Assembly: GCF_003704095.1 (NCBI RefSeq)
Contig: NW_020847187.1
Coordinates: forward strand, 62,001-126,000
Direction of reading: 5' to 3'
Origin: Pocillopora damicornis
Taxonomy: Eukaryota
Length of the DNA stretch: 64,000 bases
Part shown: piece by piece, positions 47,321 through 58,561 of the stretch
How positions within the stretch are numbered: position 1 is the stretch's first letter
How the letters are laid out: each line of letters opens with the position of its first letter
Notes under the pieces: generated by a model
The model's input: only the letters and a program-made list of their open reading frames with translations
Database searches by the model: none
Told to the model about the DNA's origin: nothing
Translations under genes and position numbers: made by a program

Positions 47321-50300
47321 ATGAAGTCACTTCAATATTTATTGGAATTTCTTTTGCCGGTAGCTGTTGCTGTGCTGTTTCTTAAAGGGCGATGTGCACA
47401 TGGTAAGTCATAGCTCCAGGTACTTTGATTCCGGGAACAGCTTCGATCTTCATGATTACCGTCCCAGCTGGGCGTAACACGTTACAGAATCGGTATTATT
47501 CTTGGAGAGAATGAACCCTTGAAGAGGAGTTGTAACTATGGGCTCTCTTAAGCCATTAAAAAGATGAGGGGGGGGGAGGGGGGAGAGAACTCTACGATTG
47601 GAATGAAATACAAAAGATATTTCAATGAGCTGCATGATAGTGTTGTTCCATGCACCTTAAAGACATCGAGTTCCCTGATCACTGGCAATGATTCCCACAC
47701 GTAAAAAGGCCTATAATGGTTAAGAAACTAATGTAAGCTATGTGTGAAAATTTTTCTTTAACCTGCAATAAAAAATGAGCTTTATTTATTGTAAAACTGG
47801 TCCATGTTTGCAGGTGCAGTATGCAGACGTCCAGTTGACATCGCCTTTGCAATTGATGCCTCGGGTAGTGTGGGATCATGGGGATATGATCAAGAGAAGA
47901 AATTTGTACAAAATACCGTGGCAATATTTGGAATATCTCGCTCTGGAACGCATGCTGCAGTAATAGTGTACAGCACAAGGGCTGAGGTTACAATATCATT
48001 TCCTCAACATAACCACTTCTGGAGTTTCTCCAGAGCAGTTTCCAAACTTCCTTATCCCGGTGGGTATACCAGAATTGACCTGGCACTGAAAAAGGCAGCA
48101 GAGGAGGTGTTTTCTATTGACGGTGGAACACGGAGTAGTGTACCTAAGATACTGATTGTAATGACGGACGGTTATCAGACACGTACCTCAGATTCTATCC
48201 CTCTTGACAAAGCGGTTCTACCCTTGAGAGCCAAAGGAGTTCAGGTTTATGCTTTGGCCATCGGGCAGTACGTGAGGGATTACGAGTTGAGGTTGCTTGT
48301 TGAAAAACCAGCACACATCTTCCGATCCAGTAGGTTTAGCAGTCTCAGCAGTGTTATATCGAAATTGGCAACAACAACTTGTACCAATGGTGAGTGTGTA
48401 ATGAAGTTTTTCAAAAAAGAAAAAACAACAGATCTGAAATTCCCTGTTAATTAATAACATTTTTCTCAAAGTCTCATGCCTCTGGAAACGAGGTCGGTAT
48501 AGGTAAGATGCCTTTCAGTAACTAGTCACTGATTAGCACTTCCACCCTCCAAAGCTCAGAGAAAGGAAATACATTTTTCCTCACACTATGCCTTACCTAC
48601 AATCCGTGTCAAAATTAGGGGACACATCATGTTTGAAGAGTTTTATTTATCTGTGGAAAAACACTCCTGTTTGTACCACACCCTAAATCATTGTCAAGAC
48701 CCCCCTCCCCTATTCAGTGTTGCCTGTATGTAGCTAAACGTTCATGGAATCACGATACGACATCGTTTTGGGAAGAAGAGGAAGAATAAGTTAACTCAAC
48801 AAGGGGAATTGGAAAGGTCAATGTGTCAGCAATTTTGACGCCTATAGTAGGGTAAAGGCAAGGTGTATACTCGTGCCAAGTGGCGCATCCAGCCGGAGTC
48901 TATGCCAGTTTCCTTGGCACAAAGCTACCAGGAGTAATACTTCTCCCTCCTGGATGGGATGCCATTCCATCGCAAGATTACCCCCAGCATTTCATCGAGT
49001 TTCCCTGACAATTCGCCGCTACCCATTTATACTCCAGTCGCATCCAGCCCGAGTCTATGCCAGTTTCCATGGCATAAAGCTACCAGTAGTAATGTTACTC
49101 CCTCCTGGATGGGATGCCATTCCGTTGCAAGATTATCTCCAGCATTTTATCAGGCTTCCCTGACAATTCGCCGCTACTAATTTATACTCCTGGGCGAAGA
49201 AAGGCACAGTGAGGGTAAAGCGTCCTATCCAGGAGTTCCACTTAATTTCTCGAACCATAATCCTCCGCCGGCCAATCACCAGGATTCCCATTATTGCTCG
49301 TGCTCTAGTCTCAATCGATAGTGTGATCGTGATCTCAAGACAGTATCTAAAAAAGTTCAAATTCAGCATGCCTTTTATTGAACACTGACTGATGTAATTT
49401 TTTGCAGCCCTACCTACGGCGTTCGGAATTTATCCACTTAACCAGCAAACCCGTGGAAAGGACATAAGCGCACGTAAGGCTCCTAAAGGTTACTTAAGTT
49501 CAGTAAACATCGTCTCTGGACCCTACGGGAGAGCTGGTGGAGCATTTTACCTCAAGGGAACATCCGACAGCTACATTGACTTCCCAAACAGCGCTCGTGG
49601 CAAATTGGACGCGTACAGTTCTATCTCAATATTTTTGTGGGTTTTCCCTGAAGGCACATCTGGTCCTATCATCAACTACCGAAGAGGAGGATATGGCGTC
49701 GGCCTTTGGATGACACGCTCCAAACTACTCGTGGGTCTTATTTACAGCCGCCGCAACTTTTACAGAAGAAAAATTTATTTTTACAATTTTTATCCAAAGA
49801 GGTGGTATTATGTTGGACTTACGTACGATTACAACCACGGAATTGCAAGTTTGTGGGTCAATGGCAAAATGGTGAGATGAGTTATATTTAAGAAAGCTGA
49901 GATGATCAGTAAGCCATAATGGGAGGTTTAACAATAACTTGGGCATTCAAAGTCAAGACTTCACCTAGAATAAGTAATACAGCACATGGTTTGAATCCGT
50001 AGGTAACATGTGATAATGTGGTGTGCACTTCCGGGTAAGTGTAGACCTGAGGAGGATTGTTGTCAGTTATGACTGACGTTTCGACATCCTGAGCTGAGGT
50101 CATCATCAGAGTCAAGTAAATAGTTGTTGTCATTCGAATGTACTGGGTCTGTTTCGTGTAAATTTATTGGTTAGATTAACCGTAAAGCTATTGGCTGTAA
50201 GACTTACGTGGCGTAAGGCGGTCGTGATCGGTAAGTTTCGATCCATCTATAAAGTTTGGTCGTTCTGGTCATGTGTGATTTTAATGTTAATATATTAGTT

Positions 50301-53300
50301 GATATGTAGGTTACAAACACCAGCTACGGCCCTAAAGCGAGTTGATGTCCGTTTGCTGTTAAAAAGATTTATTTGTTATTTTTCTTTTAGGCTTCTCACT
50401 TAAGGATTGGACGTATACACTTAGCTACACAATATCCCATTCGTATGGGTGCCATGAGCGACCCAAAGCAGTACTTTAGAGGCAGGGTCACTTGTCTGCA
50501 GATTTATGGAATTGCACTGACTGCCAACCAGATACAATCTGTAAAGACGAAATGTGCCGCCGGCGACAGTAAGTGATTTGATGTAATTCAGAAATATTTG
50601 GCTAGTAATTTGCCTTTTTTGACTTAAACTATGCTTAATAACTCAATATTTCAGAGAAAGATCCTTGTCTTGCCAGTCCTTGCAAAAATGGAGGGAGCTG
50701 CATTGTGGACACGAAAGATAACACCGGCTATCGATGTCGCTGCAAACCAGGGTACCGTGGACATCGATGTGACGGTAACAATTATTCGCTTGAATGTCTT
50801 TATTTTAATTTAATTCAATTTGATTTAGAACCAAGCTCAGGGGAAACGATGGCGTTTTCTTTTCACATAATCCCAAATAAAATTGATCATTGTCCATTTG
50901 AAATGTCAACACGAACATTTCCCTGAATGGAAAGAGAGAGAAAAAAATTTATTTGAGTTCAGAGGACCACCAACAGGTAATTTTAACTGTTGAATTATCA
51001 ATTGGTGAAATTATTTAGTTGCTTCCATGTGTTATCGACCGCAAACAGTTAAAGTGATACATAGAGAAGATGCATCAAGCGATAACTGCGAGATGTTAGA
51101 TTCACCTTTTTGAAGGCGGACCCAAGAATATCAAGCAGAACTTTACCGTTCACATCCTAATCATCATTATCGCCGTTATTATCATCATCGTATCATGTCT
51201 GCAGTTTCACGGTTCGTTTCGATCATCTTCCACTTTGGCCTTTGACTTCCTTTATTTGCAACTGCTTACAGAAAAACCAACACAATCAACTGGAAAGCCA
51301 ACAGCAAGACCAACTGGAAAGCGAACAACAGCAGCAAAAGGTAATCACAAAAATGTGGATCACGATAGCAACATAAAATTCTAAGTGGTGTAGATGACGC
51401 TTCGTACACTTATACTTTGGCAAATACTCGCAAGTATGTTGTTAGCAGCGAGCCTGAGATCCCTTTTCTAGAGACTGGTCCCTATAAAGTCATACTTCGA
51501 TAGCTTAATAAAAGGAATGAAAGTCTAGGTCTTGGCTTAAAGGTCATTCTCTTCTGTTTTGGGTTCGGATATTTTTATGGTATAAACTTCAAAACGAAAA
51601 TTATTTCGACCCCGAATGTTAGCACAGCATACCATAAAAATAAAGCATTCCGTGTCAGGCAAAGACGCCCTTGTCATTTGTGCATGTTTCTAAATGATAG
51701 GGACTGATGCAAAGAGGTACTTTCCTTTGCCTAATTGTATCCCTTCTCTAACATCACTAAGGATCACCGGGCCGAAAAATTCCAAAAACACCAGGACAGA
51801 CCACCAAGCCCGCCAGCACTGGAGGAGTAACCACCCCTGGAGCTATCACAAATATAAGTAAGTTTCCGGAACCATAGCAAGATTTTTCAAAACTGTTCAA
51901 GACAGTCATAATCTGTGCTTAACGCTTATTGACTGAAATGTATTAATAATGTCGAAGTAAAATATGTTATTGGTATGGTATTTCAAAGTAAGAAATTCGC
52001 ACACCGTAAATCTGAGGTCAGAAAATAGGGTGAAATTGCTCTGCTCCTTGATAGCAGCGAGTTATCTGAAAATAGAGTCCGTCATCTTTCTCACGTGAGT
52101 AGAACCTCACGACATTTTACTCTCACGAATCGTGGGTTACACATTTTGAAAATCGTCATGATCCAAACTTACTCTTACAGATGGTTTCCGTATAGAGGTG
52201 GTGGAGTTTATCAATCGATTGAGACGCCTGCATGGTGCAGGTCCTCTTATTATTTCCACTCGTATTTCTACGGCAGCCCAAAACTGGGCTCAAGTCTTGG
52301 TCTCCAAAGGCACAGCCTCCATAGATCCGAACACGAATTACGGCACGAATGTGTTCACCAAGGTTGGTTCTCAAACTGGTTTGGCCCAGTTGGCTGTGGT
52401 GACATGGTACACATCAGTGAAGCATTATGACTGGGCCAGGCGCCAGCCAAAAATTCTGGCACTGCCTTTTATTCATCTTGTATGGCTCTCAAGTAACTTT
52501 GTTGGTGTCGGATTGGCCAGGTCGCCATCTGCAAAGTTTTACATTGTTGTGTACTTTGACCCAATGCCTGGAAATAAACAGCCGTTGCTTAAAGAAAACG
52601 TTCTACCATATACAGGTATGCGACACAGAAAGAAATAATACTCACTTAACTGTCTAAACTATAGCGCGAGGTAATGATACAGGTTCTTAGTCCGGCGTTA
52701 AATACTTCAAAAGCAATTTTTTTCCGAAATTCAGAAAGGGAAATGTAGTAAAGAATGACTGTAAATTGCTCCGAATAGGAATATTCGTTACTGCTTTGGT
52801 TGTACCACGCACTTTTTCACCAATTCAAAGATTAGCAAGTTAGAATAAGAGGCAGAAAACGGAGATGTTGGATAAATTAAATGTTAACTTGGTATTTCAA
52901 ATCTTTATTCCTAGATGTATACATCCTATTGCAGAGTGGTAAGTAAATTATTGTCTCCTTTTCGTTTGTGATGCTCCCGCTCAAAAATTTGATTTAAGTT
53001 TTATTTTCTCAATAAATAAAAGACCCTACAATGCTCAGGGCTCGGGGATTAAAATCGAGAAGCTTTTTTTGTGTGTTTATAGCCAAAATGCAGGTTACAT
53101 CTCAGGGGCTATTCATTTCGTTAATCAATACCAAAGAAGTAATTATTCTACCACCTATTGCTCACTGCAGTAAAATCATCAAGGTGTTTCTGTGCAATAC
53201 TACGTATTGTAACTCTGTCAATCTCATTCAATAGCACTGTGTACCAAGGGATATACGCTACACAAAGGAACTTGTTACAGATATCATACGGATAAACAAA

Positions 53301-56300
53301 CTTGGGAGGGAGCATTGTTTCAGAGCGCCAAAGATAACGCTACCTTGGTATCCTTCCACCAGACATACGAGGTTGGCTTTGTCCAAAGGCTTATTACACC
53401 AGGAATAACAGGTTTAGTGTGGACAGGCTTGAATGATCGGATCACGGAGGGGACGTATACGTGGTCGGACGGTACCAGTGTTGATCACACTTCTTGGAAA
53501 GCAAACGAACCAACGGGTTTAAAGGAAGACTGTGTTGGTATAGAAGGGACTAGCTATGGCACCCTGATGTCTGATGCTCCATGTACTGAGCCACATAGTT
53601 ACGTGTCTAGAAAGCCACTTGAAGGTGAGGAATTGCCTCTTTATCTTACTTTTCAGAGACTTTTTGAGAGAACACCGATGGATTATATATCACGCCACTG
53701 CACGTTTGACCCAGAAAGCTCTAGCTAGAGCAGCACTATAGATCCTTAAAACATCACAGAGTCGCAGTCCACAACTCAGGTTTACTGAACATTACCTTCT
53801 TAGTGTAACAAAATGTGCGTACAACCCAAAACCAGGACGCATTTGAGATCTGTAGAAGGAACTAACTTTTAAACTGAAGTACAGATTTAAGACTGGTTCC
53901 TCACCTGCACATTCTAAAACACTACTTTTAGGACTAATTACATATCGAATGAAGATACAACTTACTTCTTTACTGTGGACGGATGACTACGGCCAAGCGA
54001 CGTCTTTCCCGTATTTGGACCTCAAGCAAAAGATAGAAACAATGGTAGGTTTTTGAGCTGTAAGTTAATCAATGTGTTATGGGTCAGTTGAAAACATAAA
54101 GAAAAATAGCCAAGTACAGCCGTTTCCATGTTATTGCGTACCATAAATTTGAGGATTTAACTACAAGGCACCCACACTGTGATTTTTACAAAGGCTACAG
54201 CTCTTCCCACGTCTCAATACACTTCCAAATAGTATCTAAGATATCAAACAGTTTTCGCATGTAGTATCGCATCTATAAACCACCTTAGAGTGGTCGTTTA
54301 TACAAATAACAAACTGAAGATGACCTCATCAGTTGATAATGGCCCTATTAATGCTTTTTTGCTATTATTGATTTCCTTCCCTAATTTTAGCTGCTGGAAA
54401 TCTTTAAGATTGATCCGACCTTCGTGTCAGGATATGTCGAAGATTTCAGGTAAATGCATGTATACTTTGCTGAGAAGACTTTAATCAGTGATCAGTTAAT
54501 TTCCTCTTTAACAAAACTTTTGGTGATGAAATGTTCGTATCTTTTTTCCATCTGATCATTAGCTTTTTCCCACAGCAAAACACCTAAGCTAATTTCTCAA
54601 CCTACTGCTAAGCCAACAAAGCCTGGTATTGCGACTCCTGCCAAGTCATCAGGGACATCTCCAGTCTCTGGAGCCACCAGACCAACACTGGTTTCCACAG
54701 GAACCACACAGGCCACTCCAGCGTCAAAACCTACTTCAGGTGGAGCAATTTCCAAGTAAGGAGTCGACATTAAAATTGTAATGATTTGTGGTTTATCGTC
54801 TCTCGCGGAAACAGGCCTTACTTAACAAACGAGGGGGCTACAATATCTTATGACCACAAAAAAAATAGTAAAAAAAAACTTCACGACCCAAATGTATGAA
54901 ACATTTTTCATCTTCTCTTTCGTTTCTCGGAAAAAAATCGATATAAACTCTTTTTTTTCTATCTGCTAGTGAGAAGTCGTCGGTGACAAGTTCAATTATT
55001 TTGAAGTTTGGACCAGGAGTAAAACCTGATCCTACAAAGCCATTTCAAAATCATTTGAGGAGGAACCTTGGAAGACTTCCAGGTCCGGTCAATCTGAAAA
55101 CTCTTATCCAATCCGTCAGAATAGTTCACCCAGGTAAGTTTTTACATAAATATGTGAAAGTGAACGAAAGTATACCATGGTTTTAAGGTAGACGCTAAAT
55201 AGACCTCCACAACCTACTTCAACCTTTTCCAATGTTATATTATGTATTTTTTCATTTATCTCAGGAGTTCCACCAGCTGTGTTGGGAACTTGTACACCCG
55301 CCTGCTATACCACTTGCCTCGTCTCTTGTAATCCATTTTGTTGCAATTCCAAAATGGCTGCTGGAAGCAATATACAGTACTCTGCCATGCGACACGCTGT
55401 AATAACCCAAGCAAATCGCAGGCGATTTATTATGCCTGGCTTTTCGGGGTATCCAATGGCTCCCCTCCAGACCATGGTACCGCAGGCCCGTGCGATGACA
55501 GTTCCAGTGACCCTGGCAATAAGATGTGTTCCAACCGTTCAGGCACCTTGCCCACCAGGCACTCAAGTTTCACAAACTGTTCAGGGCTCTTATAAAATGC
55601 CTCAACCTCGAACTATTCAAGGAATCTTGAGCCCAAAGCGACGTCCGATCGTGTCGATCCCACGCTTGACATTGTCAAGGCTTCCTTATTCAACCAATCA
55701 GCAGGCATTTCTCCCAAGGGTCGCCAATCCAGTGCAGATACCTTGTATACCAAGTCTTTATAACCTATGTCCACCATTAATACGTCCCCCTACAAAGCCT
55801 CTGAAAGTGACAGATCCTCCACAGCACATAATACATCTTCCACCGCCTCAGATGCAGCCACCGTGCACTCCTGGCGCATTCAATCCTTGTCCACCACAAA
55901 CAGGTCTTCCTTCAAGTCCTTTAAAATTAACAGATCCTCCTCAACACATAATACATCTTCCTCCGCCACAGTTACAGCCACCCTGTATTCCGAGTGCGTT
56001 CAATCCCTGTCCACCACAAATAAGTCCTCCTTTGAGACCTGTGAAAGTAACTGATCCTCCGCAGCATGTGGTTCATTTACCTCCACCACAGATACAACCT
56101 CCTTGTATTCCTAGTGCGTACAACCCATGTCCCCAGCCAATTATACCCCCTGTGAATCCTGCACTTGCACAATCCCCACCACAACAAATGAATCGTCTGC
56201 TACCACCACAGATGCAACCTCCCTGCATTCCATCTTTATACAATCGTTGTCCACCTCAGACGAATACTCCACCTTCCAAATTAAAAGTTATAGATCCTCC

Positions 56301-57696
56301 GCAACATGTGATACATTTGCCACCACCCCAGATGCAACCCCCTTGTATTCCTAGTGCGTACAATCCATGTCCTCAACCCATTAGGCCCCCTATAAAACCT
56401 GCACTGGCCACGTACCCACCACAACAATTTATGCGGCTGGTACCACCACAGGCGCAGACTCCTTGTATTCCTAGTGCGTACAATCCATGTCCCCAACCAA
56501 TTACGCCCCCTATTATGCCTGCACAGGCCAAATACCCATCACCACTTTTATGGCCTGTGCTTTGCATTCCTCTTCCTAACCGCCCTTGTCCTCCAAGAAA
56601 GCTTTCGAAACCATCACACAAGAAGGGCAAGTCTCGAGCTTTCATGCCCAAACCCGTTGTGAGTTCCTATGTGGTCCCGTATAGCAACTTACCATACTGG
56701 CAATCTCGGGTGGCATCCTATACTCCATTTGTCGCACCGCCATTTCCAGTCTACCCAATACGGCGATTTCCAACCTATGCAACCCAAAATTATGGCCAAA
56801 AACCACCATTTCAGCGGTATCGCTCCCCTGCCTTGTCTCAGGTGTCGCCAATACAGCCGTTTGGATTGCCTCCTTGGGGTCCAATGCCTTTCCCCTATTT
56901 CAGCCGAGTTACCAAACCTTCTCTCGGTGACAAACCTAAAAAGACTTTGCCTGAGCCTCCAAAGCCCTCTCAGGCTCCTCAACCGCCTAAGCCTATTCCA
57001 GTCAAAGGACCAATTTCTTTACAAGGTTCTTTAACTCTTTATCCTAAGCCAGCACCAATAGCTCCTCCTTTTCCTTTCCCTCCGTATCCCCCAGGACAAA
57101 ATCCCTTCTCAATGATCAACCCCTGCATCCCTTCTCTAGCGAATCCCTGTAATCAAAATACAGGAAATGTACCTTCAATACCTCCTACGAATTCGTACGA
57201 CAGAAAATCTAGGCCTATACTTTTAACACGACCTCTGCAGGTTCAAGGGAGCATTTATCTCAAACCACCTCCACCACGCCCATTCCCTATACCGCCGAGT
57301 TATACATCAAGTGTTATGAATCCTTTTTCCAGGCTCGTTTCTCCCAAACCACCAAATGCACCTCAGATAGCTGCGTCCCCCCATTCAATAATTGTTCAGC
57401 TTCCCGAAATTTCTCTTCAGACTGCTCCAGCATCTTTACTTCCAAAGCCTATCGTTCCACCTCCACCACCTTCACCAGTCTTTCCAAGTAGCTGTCCAAT
57501 ATCCTGTACTCACTATCCAGGAGTATTTTGCCCTTCATATTGCGCGAAATATTGTTGTAAAAAGAGAGGTAGGAAACAGAAGAGTCCCTCGAAGACGAAA
57601 AGTAAGAAGCCTGATAAAAATAAGATGCAAAAAGAGGCCAAGGCAAAAAGCAAAGAGAAAAAAATTTTGAAAGTGAAAAAAGCTAAGAAGGGATAA
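47321..57696 (+). CDS. Gene E: secreted NOWA-like protein SP-VWA-LamG-EGF-mucin-CAP-CTLD-SEA(split)-CRD-Pro-rich repeats-CRD-Lys-rich tail (~1793 aa, 15 coding exons)
   Basis: Exons: 47321-47402 (SP); 47814-48389 (VWA); 49408-49871, 50391-50568 (LamG); 50655-50774 (EGF); 51272-51340, 51762-51857 (T/K/P linker); 52181-52615 (CAP); 52915-52938; 53235-53624 (CTLD); 53932-54044, 54391-54449, 54576-54755, 54970-55133 (SEA with insert); 55265-57696. Total 5382 nt, in frame. Confidence 0.87.
47814..48389 (+). CDS. Gene E von Willebrand factor A domain exon with intact MIDAS
   Basis: [14 protein letters not shown] (DxSxS), [25 protein letters not shown]. Confidence 0.93.
48850..49240. repeat. SINE-like repeat with an internal 155-bp tandem duplication in gene E intron 2
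   Basis: 48884-49035 and 49039-49190 are near-identical direct repeats. Confidence 0.75.
50070..50114 (-). ncRNA. Minimal type I hammerhead ribozyme motif within a Penelope-derived short repeat (~50005-50120)
   Basis: Minus strand TGACT-CTGATGA-TGAC..GTC-GAAA-C-GTC-AGTCA: perfect 5-bp stem I, intact core boxes and a GUC cleavage triplet. Confidence 0.7.
55741..56590 (+). repeat. Coding 120-bp (40-aa) tandem repeat, 7 copies plus a degenerate one, in the gene E terminal exon
   Basis: cc[ctg]tg[ct]a..cc.....c.ta/tc aa.cc.tgtcc recurs at 55741, 55861, 55981, 56101, 56221, 56341 and 56461; unit approx [36 protein letters not shown]. Confidence 0.95.
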
Positions 57697-58461
57697 GTCT
57701 AAATTTCACATGATTTTGTTAGCCAAGCTAATTCAAAAAGTTTTGTTCGCTTTTCACCGGAGCAGCTGTACTCTTTTGTGCGTTGAGCGATTATAATTCT
57801 CTGATATTTGTAGTCCTTAACGGATATAAGACAGTTTGGTTCCGTCCTCTTACACTCAAATACAATGTCATAGGGCAATTTGTAAAGGTAAAAACATAAT
57901 TTCTAATGCAATGTGGTTTTGATAAGCACAAGTGAGTTTTGCACTAGCAATACGGGCTCGTACTTATTTACACCAAATTGCTCGAAAAATCATGTTATTG
58001 CTTATTAGTAATTTGCCAAAAGGTCTGGAGAGCAGCAGATATGTAACGAATTTAAGAAAGTGAACGACACTGTCGAAACATGTTTTTAAAAAAGTGTCGT
58101 TTATTTCCTTAAATTCGTTATTCGTAATTTAGAAGAAAAAAGCATCCCAGAAGGTCAAGATAGACAAAATTTGACGGCGCGCACTCGCTATTTGAAGTTT
58201 ATACTCGTGCTACAACTTTGCTACATAAGAAATTAACTCGTTTTCAGCCAGTCAGAAGCGCGTAGTTTTTTCATGTTTATCATTACATTAATTTATGTAT
58301 ATTTCACAGACCTCACAAGAAACACTTACAGCTGGAATCGAAAATATTTTCTTGTAATTTTAATTTTAGTTTCGTAGAAAAGGTTGTGGTTATTCATCGT
58401 GATGAATAACAATAAAAGCTAAGCATGGCTCTCCTGTTGTTGTGTTTTTTTATCGTGGGCA

Positions 58462-58561
58462 NNNNNNNNNNNNNNNNNNNNNNNNNNNNNNNNNNNNNNN
58501 NNNNNNNNNNNNNNNNNNNNNNNNNNNNNNNNNNNNNNNNNNNNNNNNNNNNNNNNNNNNN
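58462..58561. other. Assembly gap (100 N)
   Basis: Run of N. Confidence 1.

Noticed and set aside
55741-56590. Regularly spaced repeats as a CRISPR array or as collagen
   Set aside because: Eukaryotic in-frame coding repeat with no unique spacers, no cas genes and no Gly-X-Y pattern
55261-57670. Many overlapping alternative-frame ORFs
   Set aside because: By-products of the Pro-rich repetitive exon of gene E
16995-57696. Assigning the gene symbol NOWA or coadhesin
   Set aside because: Only architectural similarity; the SEA domain, extra modules and CRD number differ, and orthology needs a phylogeny
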